Shown one piece after another: positions 8,434 through 18,701 of a stretch of 50,294 nucleotides of DNA (the stretch's first letter is position 1; the number at the start of each line of letters is the position of its first letter). This DNA comes from an uncultured Candidatus Saccharibacteria bacterium. GTDB taxonomy: Bacteria; Patescibacteriota; Saccharimonadia; Saccharimonadales; JAGQNJ01. A program made the translations under genes and the position numbers. The stretch covers positions 1-50,294 of the forward strand of contig OZ246406.1 of NCBI GenBank assembly GCA_965231045.1. The letters are read 5' to 3'. The notes below the pieces were generated by a model. The model saw only the letters and a program-made list of their open reading frames with translations. It was not told the origin of the DNA and did no database searches.

Positions 8434-10059
8434 ATGGATATTGAACGGGGTGGACCTATCCCTCACGAAGATAAGCCAGAGAGTGATGATTCTTCCTCAA
8501 AAAAGAGGGAAGGATTTTTATCTGGTTTTTTGCGACGTGAAGATAGCGGCGAGTCAACACCACTACCTCCTGAACGAGGTGAGACAGATGATGATGACGA
8601 AGAGGAAGACAAAAGCCTTGGAGCTATGCTTCTAAAAGCCTTTAAGGGCAAAGAAGCTGAACACTCCGAAGATGAGCCAACAGATGAAGAAGAGGAAAAA
8701 CTCTCACTATTTGAATCTACCGAACCAGAATCAACCGATGAAGAAACAGCCATTGAAACCCCTGAAACTCCCATTGAATTGGCTCCGATTGAACAACCAG
8801 CCACCATCGAGGCGCCAGTTGATACTCAGCCAATAGCAGATGAAGAGCCATTACCTGAGTTGCCACCTGATCTTAATGTCGAAACTGGCATACCAGATGA
8901 AGAAGTTGCTCCTGAAACCGCTGAGCCAACACCGATCGTTGAACAAGGTGCTGGTGCTCCACCAGAGACACCTCCAGAAGCTCCAGGTGGTGGCGAAGAG
9001 CAAGAACCAGAAGAGGAGCCTGAAGAAACTCCTCAGATGCAACAAGTGGCTAGTCAGCAGCCATTGGGCCCAAGACCAGTTATTGATACCGATCCAACGT
9101 CAGGTGTATCTATACCGAGTGCCCCAGAATCTGTAACACCCAACATTACTATCAATAACAGAGGTATTAATCCGGCTGTTCCACTGGTTGGGCTAGGAAT
9201 TGCCGCTTATGAACACCATAGAATTACAAAGTCTAAGCATGAGAGTGAAAAGCGCGATAAAGCCCAGCAAGAACAGATTGATAAGCTAGCCAATGAGCAG
9301 GCCAAACAGAGGTATGAAGCTGCCGAAGCCGCTCGACGCACAGCCGAACAATCAGCCCAACAGATAGAAGAGTTTAGACGAGCGGTTGAACAAAAAGAGC
9401 TTGAAGCCAGACAGGCTAAATTCGAAGCAGCTAAACTGGCTCAAACAGAGGTCACAAAAGCTAAAGCAACTGAGTCACAAATGCCAAAACCAGAAGCTCA
9501 ACCTGCTAAAGCGCCTGAAGTTGCCGAGAAGTCCAAAGAAGTTATTCAGGATAAAGCCCCAAGTGTTGGTGAGGTTATAGCTGAGCGAACCGCTAAACTT
9601 CGTGAACAAGAGCCGAAGCAGGAACTTAAAAATCAAGAGGTAATTGCTAACACACCAAATGTTACACATCTTGATACCAAGGATATTCTTAAACCAGGTT
9701 TCAAGGAAAAGGCCCCAGAACTGTTACTTCAACAGACTGAAGCGGCCGCTGAACTTGATGTTGCTCAAGAGAAACAGTACGAACTTCGACATGAGCTAAA
9801 AGATGTGGCATCAGGTTCACAAACAGGGGCAGGAGCTGGTTTTACACCGCAATTTCCAATGCCATGGGATAAAACTGACGATAAGGGTCACTCAACGTCA
9901 CCGACACTTCAGGATATACATGCCCCAATTACGTCGCTGGGCAACTCAAAGTTAACAGATGAGAAACAGAGACAAGCTTATCGACAAGCTATGTGGGCCG
10001 GCCTCTGGGGTGGTCTGTTAGTAATTCTGGCAGTAGCTATTTGGGCTATTTCTACATAA
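8434..10059 (+). CDS. Acidic Pro/Glu-rich hypothetical protein with coiled coil and C-terminal TM anchor
   Basis: Low-complexity E/P/D N-terminal half, EQARK-rich central helix, terminal AMWAGLWGGLLVILAVAIWAI. Confidence 0.8.
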   Translation: MDIERGGPIPHEDKPESDDSSSKKREGFLSGFLRREDSGESTPLPPERGETDDDDEEEDKSLGAMLLKAFKGKEAEHSEDEPTDEEEEKLSLFESTEPESTDEETAIETPETPIELAPIEQPATIEAPVDTQPIADEEPLPELPPDLNVETGIPDEEVAPETAEPTPIVEQGAGAPPETPPEAPGGGEEQEPEEEPEETPQMQQVASQQPLGPRPVIDTDPTSGVSIPSAPESVTPNITINNRGINPAVPLVGLGIAAYEHHRITKSKHESEKRDKAQQEQIDKLANEQAKQRYEAAEAARRTAEQSAQQIEEFRRAVEQKELEARQAKFEAAKLAQTEVTKAKATESQMPKPEAQPAKAPEVAEKSKEVIQDKAPSVGEVIAERTAKLREQEPKQELKNQEVIANTPNVTHLDTKDILKPGFKEKAPELLLQQTEAAAELDVAQEKQYELRHELKDVASGSQTGAGAGFTPQFPMPWDKTDDKGHSTSPTLQDIHAPITSLGNSKLTDEKQRQAYRQAMWAGLWGGLLVILAVAIWAIST

Positions 10060-10141
10060 CAGGGGTGATACACTAGAAAAACTCTTGCCAAATTAAAGTT
10101 TTTATGCTAAAATACTTCAGTTAATCAAGTGAGAGGATTTT

Positions 10142-13100
10142 ATGTCTGATTTTGGTCCAGAAAATGACCCCAAGACTACCCCTGCAGACCAGCCAATGCC
10201 TGGTATCTTTGACTTTGAAGCAGCTGATCCTCATTCATTTGCACTTGATCCTAGTGACGTATCTAAATTAGGCGATTTTGATGTGCCTGACTTTCTAAAG
10301 CCTGACGCCACAAAGCCAGCCGATGTGCCAGTTATCCCAATTGTACCGCCAACACACGTGGTTATCGGTGGCCCAGATACGGCTCCGCTACCAGCTTGGG
10401 TTGGTTTGCCAGAGACCGAGAATAAGCCAGAAATCAAGCGACAGCCATTTTCAGTCGGGCTTGTACATAGAACTGGTTACGAAGAGCAACAACGTATAGG
10501 CTCAACCAAAAGATATGTTCCGGGGCAACCAAATGAAGATTCATATGTATATGATGATGAAACCGGTTTGCTTGCGGTAGCCGATGGTATGGGTGGCCAT
10601 GCTGACGGTGCAGAAGCTAGTAAGCGTACGATTCGTGGGATTGAGCATATTTTTGAAGATAAGACTCCTAAGACAGCAGCTGAAGCTAAAGACATGTTTA
10701 GGTCAGCAGTTTCCAGCGCGATTATTAATATTAGAATGCTTGGTAATAACGGTGGCTCAACATTAGCCGCTGCACAGGTTGTGGATGACAGACTAGTCGG
10801 TGTTAACATTGGCGACTCAGCTGTTTGGGTTCTTCGAAAGGGCAAACTGATTAAGCCAACAACCGAACAATGTATTGAGAGCCCTCGGAACCCTGGTGTT
10901 AAAAATATCTTGACTAACGTAATTGATGGTAACGCTGAAACAAACTTAGCTCTTAGCCGAGGTGATGAATTTGATGTTCAGCTTGAGGACGGTGACCGAA
11001 TTGTCCTAATGACTGATGGAGTACTCGGTGATAAGGATGAAGATCGATTAACTGACAAGGAATATATTACCGCTCTTGACCCTAAACAATATTCAACCCA
11101 AGAAGCAGCCGAAAAATTAGCTGATGCTAGTAAAAAAGTTGATGACACAACAGTTCTAGTATTTGATTACAAACTTGAGAAAGAACAAGCTGATGATGAG
11201 CCAAAATCTAAGCGTCGGATATTTGGTCGCCGAAAGAAAGATGTCACAGAGACAGATGATGATCAAACTGAAGCTGAGCCAGTAGCACCCGAGATTGAAC
11301 CTGCCGTGGCTGCAGTTGCTAAAGTGAGCGAACTAGCACCTGATCTGATTGAGGCCATTGAGGAAGCACGCTTAGACTTTCTAGAAGCTTCTGTTGACTA
11401 CCAACTATCACGTAACCGTAAAGATAAAAGGGCTAATAAAAAAGTCTATCAGGCGGCCAAGATGCGTTACATCAGCCTTAGGGAGAGGGCTGGTATGCTG
11501 GCGGCTGAGATCATGCAAGATGCTGGTGCCTCAGAAGCCGAGATTTACCAGTTTGGGGCCATGTCGTTTATTGAGACTACCAAGATAAATCAGGAGCAGA
11601 TGGCATACTTCTTAGAGAATGGTTCTATTCATGCTTCTCAAGCTGAGTTAAATGAGGCCAAAGCCTATAGAGATAAACTAGACGGCTCTCTACGTGCCCG
11701 ATTCTTCAATTGGTGGGTTGAAGGTGCCGGGGAAAAGATTATAACAATCCGTGGCGGATTAGGCCTAAGTGATAATTATAAGGAAGCAATCAAGAAGCGC
11801 TGGAAGAAATCAGCTGCTATCGGTGCAATTACATTTATACCTGGTGTGGTTGCTGGTGTCGCTGCTAGTACGCTATTGGCTCCAGTAGCTGTGCCGGCAG
11901 TATTAAGCGCGACAGTTGCACGAAGTGTAACGCGTGGTGTCTTTGTTGAGGGCGTTAATAAGCGAGCTCAAAAATGGAGTCGTTTGCAGAACACGAGCCC
12001 TTCAGATCCTTCCAGCCCAATGGAATCACTGGCTAGTATTCAGTCTAAGTTCAACCAGGCCAATTCGGTTGAGCTTCTAGAGGGAGTAATGAAGTCTAAT
12101 GGGGATATCAACACAGATTTACTCATAAGTCTTATTGATGCTCAAACAACTAAAGAAGCACGACAAACCGAGGAAAAACGTAAAGCTGCCGTTAAATTTG
12201 GTGGTCGAATGGTACTATATGCCAGCATTGGCTTAGCTGGTTACGGAGTTGGTCGCGGAATAAAGTGGGTTTGGGACAATATGCACACTGTTGATGGTAG
12301 TGTCGTTTCTGGCGGTGGTAATGGGGGTAACACCACAACTACCATAGCTCAACAGCAAGGTAATAACGGAGGCGGCGGTGTAGTTAATCACGGTAGCGGT
12401 TCATCAAGCACTACAACTTCAAGCAGCTCTTCTACCACTAGTACTGTTGCAAGTACTACAACAACTAAGGCACCAACGACCACTACAACAACTGCGCCTA
12501 CTACCACTGCGGCCCCAACAACAACTGCTACTCCTACAACGACTATGCCAGCCCCTACGACTACAGCTCCAGCCCCATCTGGCGGCGGTAACGTACTTAA
12601 TCCACCACGCGTATCTCAGTTAACCCCAGATCAATCCAAATACTTAACTGACCTTGATACATACATGAAGGGTAATGCCGACGCCAAAGCCGCTTTCGAA
12701 CGAATGGCCGGTAACCCACACCAATTCGATCGTTACTACCATGCTATGCAAGATTTACAGACACAGAATCCAGGCATGTCACAGGCTCAGGTAAACCAAT
12801 TAGGCGATAACGTCTTGAAGCTGGCTGCTGATCAACAGCACCAAGCTGCAGTAGATAAAATTGTGGCAACAGGTATGCAGCCTGGATCAAGTAGTTTTGA
12901 TCAAGCAGTAGATTACCAGGTTGGTTTAATGCAGAAGCAACCGATGATGGATATTATTAACCATAATGTAGCAAGCTTCCCAGAGCCACAGCCAAAATCA
13001 CTATTTACCAATTCTTTCCCTCTAACGGAGACACCTTTGCAATATGAAACTATGCGTAATAACTTCGCCAATATAATGGCGACAAACTCAAACATGACTA

Positions 13101-13231
13101 ACAATCAGGTAAATACTTGGCTTGTAAGTCTTAACGACCAAAATGTTAACAGTATGATCGAGACATTAAAGCGTTACGGTTTTAGTGATGATGAAATTGC
13201 TGAATATATCAAAGCCTACTATGCTAGCTAA
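10142..13231 (+). CDS. PP2C/PPM-family phosphatase fused to TM segments, a Thr-rich stalk and a C-terminal domain
   Basis: NEDS, AVADGMGGH, IGDS, MTDGV, DDTT motifs; hydrophobic segments in the C-terminal half; TTTTAP repeats near 12400-12580. Confidence 0.85.
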   Translation: MSDFGPENDPKTTPADQPMPGIFDFEAADPHSFALDPSDVSKLGDFDVPDFLKPDATKPADVPVIPIVPPTHVVIGGPDTAPLPAWVGLPETENKPEIKRQPFSVGLVHRTGYEEQQRIGSTKRYVPGQPNEDSYVYDDETGLLAVADGMGGHADGAEASKRTIRGIEHIFEDKTPKTAAEAKDMFRSAVSSAIINIRMLGNNGGSTLAAAQVVDDRLVGVNIGDSAVWVLRKGKLIKPTTEQCIESPRNPGVKNILTNVIDGNAETNLALSRGDEFDVQLEDGDRIVLMTDGVLGDKDEDRLTDKEYITALDPKQYSTQEAAEKLADASKKVDDTTVLVFDYKLEKEQADDEPKSKRRIFGRRKKDVTETDDDQTEAEPVAPEIEPAVAAVAKVSELAPDLIEAIEEARLDFLEASVDYQLSRNRKDKRANKKVYQAAKMRYISLRERAGMLAAEIMQDAGASEAEIYQFGAMSFIETTKINQEQMAYFLENGSIHASQAELNEAKAYRDKLDGSLRARFFNWWVEGAGEKIITIRGGLGLSDNYKEAIKKRWKKSAAIGAITFIPGVVAGVAASTLLAPVAVPAVLSATVARSVTRGVFVEGVNKRAQKWSRLQNTSPSDPSSPMESLASIQSKFNQANSVELLEGVMKSNGDINTDLLISLIDAQTTKEARQTEEKRKAAVKFGGRMVLYASIGLAGYGVGRGIKWVWDNMHTVDGSVVSGGGNGGNTTTTIAQQQGNNGGGGVVNHGSGSSSTTTSSSSSTTSTVASTTTTKAPTTTTTTAPTTTAAPTTTATPTTTMPAPTTTAPAPSGGGNVLNPPRVSQLTPDQSKYLTDLDTYMKGNADAKAAFERMAGNPHQFDRYYHAMQDLQTQNPGMSQAQVNQLGDNVLKLAADQQHQAAVDKIVATGMQPGSSSFDQAVDYQVGLMQKQPMMDIINHNVASFPEPQPKSLFTNSFPLTETPLQYETMRNNFANIMATNSNMTNNQVNTWLVSLNDQNVNSMIETLKRYGFSDDEIAEYIKAYYAS

Positions 13232-13267
13232 AGTTTGTTAAAATAGGGGAATAGAAAGGAACAATTG

Positions 13268-13621
13268 ATGTTTAAACTTGATGACAATCTACTGCAAGAA
13301 CTTGGCCTAGGATCGTTACCACCCCAAGAAAAGAACCGCATGCTACAGCACATTTACGAGACCTTAGAGATGCGTGTCGGTATGCAACTGGCTTCACAGA
13401 TGAGTGAACAGCAGCTTGACGAATTCGAGAAGCTTATGCCAGCCGAGACTGATACTCCAGAGGTCAATGCCCAGAAAGAAAAAGATGCCCTCAAGTGGTT
13501 AGAAACCAATTTTCCAAACTACAAACAAGTTGTTGCTGATGAGCTAGAGAAGCTAAAAGCTGAGATTAAAGCTAGTGCTGCTCAGATAGTGGCTTCGGTT
13601 CAACAACCACCTCAACAGTAA
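13268..13621 (+). CDS. DUF5663-like Patescibacteria protein
   Basis: MFKLDDNLLQELGL...LEMRVGMQL...WLETNFPNYKQVV pattern, recognised by eye. Confidence 0.7.
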   Translation: MFKLDDNLLQELGLGSLPPQEKNRMLQHIYETLEMRVGMQLASQMSEQQLDEFEKLMPAETDTPEVNAQKEKDALKWLETNFPNYKQVVADELEKLKAEIKASAAQIVASVQQPPQQ

Positions 13622-13623
13622 TT

Positions 13624-14535
13624 TTAGACAAGCTTATCTTTATGCCCGGCTACGAATGACCAGCCGGACATTTCATTTTTACCCTCAGGTTTCAGGGACT
13701 CAATAATTAGCGCTTGCTCACCACAGTAAACGCCCAAGGATTTATCCTTAACAAATGTCTTGCCAGCTTCGCCAGGTTCATCTATCACACGGGCTTTTGT
13801 TATTGTAACTTTTTTGCCAGCTAGCTCTGTATAGCTGCCTGGCCACCCCAAGAAAGCTCGAACTTCTCGCTCAAGCTCGGCAGCTGATTTGTGCCAATCA
13901 ATTTCACCGTCTTGCTTGGTTAGTTTACGTGAGTAGGTTGCCCGGTCAGGGTGTGGTTGAGCATGAGGTTTGAGCTCTCCATCCATGTAACGTGGCAGGT
14001 AGTCTTGCAGCAGTTGATTACTTAGTTCAATCAGCTCATTGGTCAAAGACGAAATAGTGACATCGTCTTTAATCGCTAAACTTTTTTGGGTAAGTAGCTT
14101 GCCGGTATCGAGTGATGGTTCAATTAACATAATACTTACACCTGTTTTTGCCTGTCCGCTAAGAAGGGAAAAAGTGATTGGATCTGCGCCACGCCATTGT
14201 GGCAGCAAGCTAAAATGGCTGTTAACTATACCAAGTTCAAAAGCATCAATAGTCTGTTGCGACACAATTACACCGTAATCGACAATTATGCCCAGCGGGC
14301 TACTAAATCTGCTATCAGCTATTAAGGTATCGAGCTCTGCTTTTGTGTTGGCAAATAACAGATTGAGGCCTTTTTGTTTGGCCAGTTCTTCAACTGGGGC
14401 TGGCTCTTTATGATGAGGTGCCTTAGCTTTTGTTATAACCGCCTCAACAGGGAAATGATCGCTAATAAAGTCTAGCGACTTAGCGGCTACTGGGCCACTA
14501 CCAAAGAATACGACTGTCTTTGACATCTTTTTCAT
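13624..14535 (-). CDS. fmt: Methionyl-tRNA formyltransferase
   Basis: VVFFGS, VNSHFSLLPQWRGADPI, LDTG motifs; adjacent to def. Confidence 0.95.
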   Translation of the reverse strand: MKKMSKTVVFFGSGPVAAKSLDFISDHFPVEAVITKAKAPHHKEPAPVEELAKQKGLNLLFANTKAELDTLIADSRFSSPLGIIVDYGVIVSQQTIDAFELGIVNSHFSLLPQWRGADPITFSLLSGQAKTGVSIMLIEPSLDTGKLLTQKSLAIKDDVTISSLTNELIELSNQLLQDYLPRYMDGELKPHAQPHPDRATYSRKLTKQDGEIDWHKSAAELEREVRAFLGWPGSYTELAGKKVTITKARVIDEPGEAGKTFVKDKSLGVYCGEQALIIESLKPEGKNEMSGWSFVAGHKDKLV

Positions 14536-15079
14536 AATCTAATTTTATCAATTCACGACCATCACTACTTAGCCGATAAAAAGCCTCAGGGTTGTCCTTT
14601 ATATGATCAATAAATAGCTTGCCGTTTAGATGATCAACTTCATGCTGCAGCAACCTTGCCAAAAATCCCTCAGCCTTAAAGCGTATTTCTTTGCCTTGAG
14701 CATTCAGTGCTTTAATACGAACTTTACGATACCTTGGAACCATGCCGTATACGGTAGGGATGCTTAGGCAACCTTCATGATCGGTATAGATATCTCCCTC
14801 GTACTTGGTAATCTCTGGGTTAACCAAAATCCGGAAATTTTTGTTATCGAAATCATCGAAATCTTCACGGATAATAACAACCCGCAGCAGTTTATCTATC
14901 TGAACCGCTGCTAATCCGACAGTAACTTCGTGATTACGCGAGTTTTCCCAGTCAATAGAAGCGGCAATCATATCATCACAGAGGTCCTGGACATCTTTGG
15001 TTATTAGTCCAACTCGTTTTGACTTTTGCCGCAAATGTTCATTCGGTAGGGTAATGATATCTTTTCTAGTTGCTGTCAT
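14498..15079 (-). CDS. def: Peptide deformylase
   Basis: VGLAAVQ, EGCLS, QHEVDHLNG motifs. Confidence 0.97.
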   Translation of the reverse strand: MTATRKDIITLPNEHLRQKSKRVGLITKDVQDLCDDMIAASIDWENSRNHEVTVGLAAVQIDKLLRVVIIREDFDDFDNKNFRILVNPEITKYEGDIYTDHEGCLSIPTVYGMVPRYRKVRIKALNAQGKEIRFKAEGFLARLLQHEVDHLNGKLFIDHIKDNPEAFYRLSSDGRELIKLDYEKDVKDSRILW

Positions 15080-15127
15080 TGTTACATAGCAGTATATCGT
15101 AGCTCTGTTAACAATGGAAACACTAAT

Positions 15128-17053
15128 CTATAGGAGGTTGCTTGGGTCGATATTAGCTTGCCATCCGCTTGGGAGGTCACTAATTATATCAAGTAAGTTT
15201 TGTCGCTGTTTACTACTGACGATTATTTGCCAGTTGTACTTGTCTCGAACTTTTTCATGTAGTTGAGGGCTCGGACCTCTTAAGGCGATACCTGATTTGG
15301 CCTTTAGTTTCTCAGCTAGTTGGCGGCTGGCTGACTCAACACTTGCTCGACTAGACCGTGAAATGCGTAACTGCAAAAGGTGATAAAAAGGTGGGAAGCC
15401 AAACTGTTTGCGCTCAGCAAGCTGACTTCTATAAAAACCTAGCCAGTCTTTGTTAATACTTAGCTCAAGTAGAGGATTGGTGGGATTATAGGTTTGAACT
15501 ACTACACTGGTTGTTTGATGATGACGTCCAACTCTCCCAATTACCTGAGTCAATAATTGATAAGTCTTTTCTTCGGTAGTATAGTCGGGGAAGTTTAAGC
15601 TGGCATCGGCGTTCATAATGCCTACCAGACCTAGTTTTGGTAGATCTAAGCCCTTGGTCACTAACTGAGTGCCAATTATTATGTCTACTTCACCACTGAC
15701 CAGCTCCTTATAATGTTTTTCCAGTTTCTCGGCTGCCAAATTATCACTGTCAAAGCGTTTAACAATCAGCTCTGGGTAGAGGTTGCTGACTTCAATTTCA
15801 AGAGATTTTGTACCTGGAGAGTTATAAATAACATCACTACTTTTACAGCTTCGACAGCTAGTAATGATATTATCTGTAAAGCCACAGGTATGACATCTTA
15901 ACAGGTTTTGATCAGAGTGGTAGGTTAGTGGTATATCGCATCTTGGACAAAGTGCTTGCCAGCCACAGTTTTCACATAAGACCATACGAGCACTACCGCG
16001 ACGGTTGAGAAACAGTAGAATCTGTTGATTTTGGGCCAAGTGTTCATCAATTTTATTCTTAAGAGTGGTGGTAACAATTCCAGTTTTTCGCTCAGTCGGA
16101 TCCTTAAGGTCAACAATTTTAACATGCGGTGCCTTAACCTCCCCTGTGGCCAGGCCCGTCATGCGGATTATTGGCATCTTCTTTTCAGTAAAGAGGTAGT
16201 AATCGGCAACAAGGGGAGTTGCTGTACCAATTATATATTTGGCTCGATGCAATCTAGCTAATTGCGCAGCCACTCTTGTGGCCTGATAGTACGGTGCTTG
16301 CTCTTGCTTGTAAGCTTGTTCATGGGCTTCATCAACAATTATCAACCCGATGTTGCTAAGCGGAGCAAAAAGGGCAGAGCGCGGCCCAATAATGATCAGA
16401 GGCTCTTTGGATTGAGCGATCTGGTACCAGATTTTATTTCTTTTTGCCGGTGTTTGATTAGAGTGCATGACTATTACTTGACCTGGGAAAGTCTGGTCTA
16501 AGTCACGAAATAGTTGTGGTGTTAGGCCAATTTCTGGGGTTAACACAACAGCAGATTTATTATTTTCTAAAGTGTTTATGATTAGTTCAACATAGACACG
16601 TGTTTTGCCCGTACCGGTATCGCCATGTAGAAGGATGCTTGTTGAATCTGATTTGGCAATGGCTTCAAGAGCACTTTTTTGCTCGCTTGTCAGAGGCGGC
16701 AGTTCCAATGGCTTTTTATCTGATTTGTTTATCGGGACATCTTTGGGTAGGGAACTTGGCAAAATTAGGTTAGCAATTGTACCGCTCGGTGCTGGGTAAT
16801 AGCTATTTAGCCAATCATGTAGTTGCCGGGTTTCATCACTTAGAACAATTCCTGTAGATGTGATGATAGATTTTACTTTGTCTTTAAGGGAGGAATTAGG
16901 CTTAACCTCTGCAGCAACAAAACCGATGGCCTTTTGATTTCGGAGTGGAATTTCGACAACTTCGCCTACCAAGAGCTTATTATCAGAGGAATAGGTAAGA
17001 GCATTGGCACTGTGAAAGCGCTGTGAACCAATCCAAACCTCATAGTAGAACAT
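15128..17053 (-). CDS. priA: Primosomal protein N'
   Basis: GDTGTGKT, DEAH, two Cys-pair zinc motifs, GTQLVTKGLD, QVIGRVGR. Confidence 0.96.
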   Translation of the reverse strand: MFYYEVWIGSQRFHSANALTYSSDNKLLVGEVVEIPLRNQKAIGFVAAEVKPNSSLKDKVKSIITSTGIVLSDETRQLHDWLNSYYPAPSGTIANLILPSSLPKDVPINKSDKKPLELPPLTSEQKSALEAIAKSDSTSILLHGDTGTGKTRVYVELIINTLENNKSAVVLTPEIGLTPQLFRDLDQTFPGQVIVMHSNQTPAKRNKIWYQIAQSKEPLIIIGPRSALFAPLSNIGLIIVDEAHEQAYKQEQAPYYQATRVAAQLARLHRAKYIIGTATPLVADYYLFTEKKMPIIRMTGLATGEVKAPHVKIVDLKDPTERKTGIVTTTLKNKIDEHLAQNQQILLFLNRRGSARMVLCENCGWQALCPRCDIPLTYHSDQNLLRCHTCGFTDNIITSCRSCKSSDVIYNSPGTKSLEIEVSNLYPELIVKRFDSDNLAAEKLEKHYKELVSGEVDIIIGTQLVTKGLDLPKLGLVGIMNADASLNFPDYTTEEKTYQLLTQVIGRVGRHHQTTSVVVQTYNPTNPLLELSINKDWLGFYRSQLAERKQFGFPPFYHLLQLRISRSSRASVESASRQLAEKLKAKSGIALRGPSPQLHEKVRDKYNWQIIVSSKQRQNLLDIISDLPSGWQANIDPSNLL

Positions 17054-17146
17054 ACACCCATTATAAAGATTAAAATGTGATGTTGAAAAAAATATATATC
17101 TCGCTATACTACATGTCAGGACGTTGTTCTAAACACAATAAAGCTT

Positions 17147-17434
17147 ATGTTAGATGTATTTATAACTTCACGGGTCAGGCGGAAAATCATAGTGGTATAT
17201 GCAAAATACCCTGATTTCAAAACGCACGTACGCGGTCTGGCTAAACTTATCAAAGAAGATGCTGGTAACATCCAGCGCGAACTAAAGCGACTAGAAAAAG
17301 TCGGTTTTCTTATCTCTGAAAGACAAGGCAATACTAAAATTTACTACACCAATAAACACTTCCCAATCTTTAAAGAATTACAAAGTATAGTGTTGAAGTC
17401 ACAACGTATGACCCAAAAGCGTGGGTCAAATTAG
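17147..17434 (+). CDS. Winged-helix (ArsR-like) DNA-binding protein
   Basis: HVRGLAKLIKEDAGNIQRELKRLEKVGFL HTH and G-N-x-K-x-Y wing. Confidence 0.75.
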   Translation: MLDVFITSRVRRKIIVVYAKYPDFKTHVRGLAKLIKEDAGNIQRELKRLEKVGFLISERQGNTKIYYTNKHFPIFKELQSIVLKSQRMTQKRGSN

Positions 17435-17488
17435 TATTATCTCAGATATTTCTTGCTAAACGATCCCTGTTAAGGTACAATTATTGCC

Positions 17489-17704
17489 ATGATTCAAGTA
17501 ACACGTAAAGATCCCAAAGAACCTTTGGAAAACATGCTTCGTCGTTTCACGCGTAAAGTACAACAGTCAGGTGTTGTAGCTGTTGCAAAGCAATCTCAAT
17601 ATTTTGAGAAACCTCTCAGTAAACGTGAACGTCGAGAACGAGCAATTGTTCGTAAAAACCGTAAAATTCAAAAAATAAAAAGAGTAAAACTCTCTAATAG
17701 GTAA
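17489..17704 (+). CDS. rpsU: 30S ribosomal protein S21
   Basis: EPLENMLRRFTRKV...YFEKPLSKR. Confidence 0.92.
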   Translation: MIQVTRKDPKEPLENMLRRFTRKVQQSGVVAVAKQSQYFEKPLSKRERRERAIVRKNRKIQKIKRVKLSNR

Positions 17705-18163
17705 ATGAGCACAGTCAAGCAGCAACTCGATCAAAACTTAAAGGCTGCAATGCTAGCGGGTGATAAAGAGCTCGCTACTACTCTTCGTGGTTTGAAGAGT
17801 GCAATTCTATACGAAGAAGTTGCTGCCGGTAAGCGAGACGAAGGGCTTGATGACGCTGCCACAATTGCTGTTCTTCAAAAAGAAGCCAAGAAGCGTCAAG
17901 ATAGTGCTGACCTTTACGAAAAAGGTGGTGATGCCCAGCGCCGAGATAAAGAGCTTGCCGAAAAAGAAATTATTGCTGGATATCTTCCAGCAGAATTATC
18001 AGATGAGGAACTGGCAAAGCTGATAGACAAAGCCATTGAGGACAAGGGTCCGCTTACTCAGCAAACTATGGGCCAGATTATTGGTGAAGTGAAAAATGCA
18101 TCAAAAGGTCAAGCTGATGGCGGAAGAATCGCAGGAGCTATCCGAGAGAGGTTAGCACAATGA
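17705..18163 (+). CDS. GatB/YqeY domain protein
   Basis: LKAAMLAGDK...KEAKKRQDSADLY...YLPAELS; classical position after rpsU. Confidence 0.92.
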   Translation: MSTVKQQLDQNLKAAMLAGDKELATTLRGLKSAILYEEVAAGKRDEGLDDAATIAVLQKEAKKRQDSADLYEKGGDAQRRDKELAEKEIIAGYLPAELSDEELAKLIDKAIEDKGPLTQQTMGQIIGEVKNASKGQADGGRIAGAIRERLAQ

Positions 18164-18690
18164 TAATCTTCATGGGAGTGGCAGGTTCGGGCAAGAGTGT
18201 TCAAGGCCGCATGTTGGCCGATGAGCGAGGATTGCCTTGGCTTTCAACTGGTGAGTTTTTGAGAATGCTCATCAGTGGTGAGCGTCGTCAACAAATGACT
18301 GAGGGTAAATTACTTGATGACCAAGAGATAATTGCTCTTGTCCAAAAAATATTCAGGGTAATAGATACCGATCAAGATTTTGTATTAGATGGTTTTCCAA
18401 GAACACCAGCTCAAGCTGACTGGCTACTCAGTCAGGTAAAACACGGGCAACTAGATATAACAGCCGTTATACATCTCCGTGCTTCAGAAAAAGAAGTCCA
18501 AAAGCGCCTTCTAAATCGAGGACGGCCAGATGATAATAAGGATGCGATTAATGCCCGTTTTAAAGAGTATCAGGAAACTATCGTGCCTATACTTGCCCAG
18601 TTCAAAGAGGCCGGTATTAGTGTTTGCGAGATTGACGCGGCTCAATCAGTTGATAAGGTTCATAAAGATATCATAAAAGTTCTTAGTTAG
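18160..18690 (+). CDS. adk: Adenylate/nucleoside monophosphate kinase
   Basis: GVAGSGKS P-loop, STGEFLR, LDGFPRT. Confidence 0.88.
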   Translation: MIIFMGVAGSGKSVQGRMLADERGLPWLSTGEFLRMLISGERRQQMTEGKLLDDQEIIALVQKIFRVIDTDQDFVLDGFPRTPAQADWLLSQVKHGQLDITAVIHLRASEKEVQKRLLNRGRPDDNKDAINARFKEYQETIVPILAQFKEAGISVCEIDAAQSVDKVHKDIIKVLS

Positions 18691-18701
18691 ACTATTTGCT
18701 T

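Noticed and set aside
14498-14535. 38-nt def/fmt overlap
   Set aside because: Ordinary coupled pair; fmt may start at ATG 14526.
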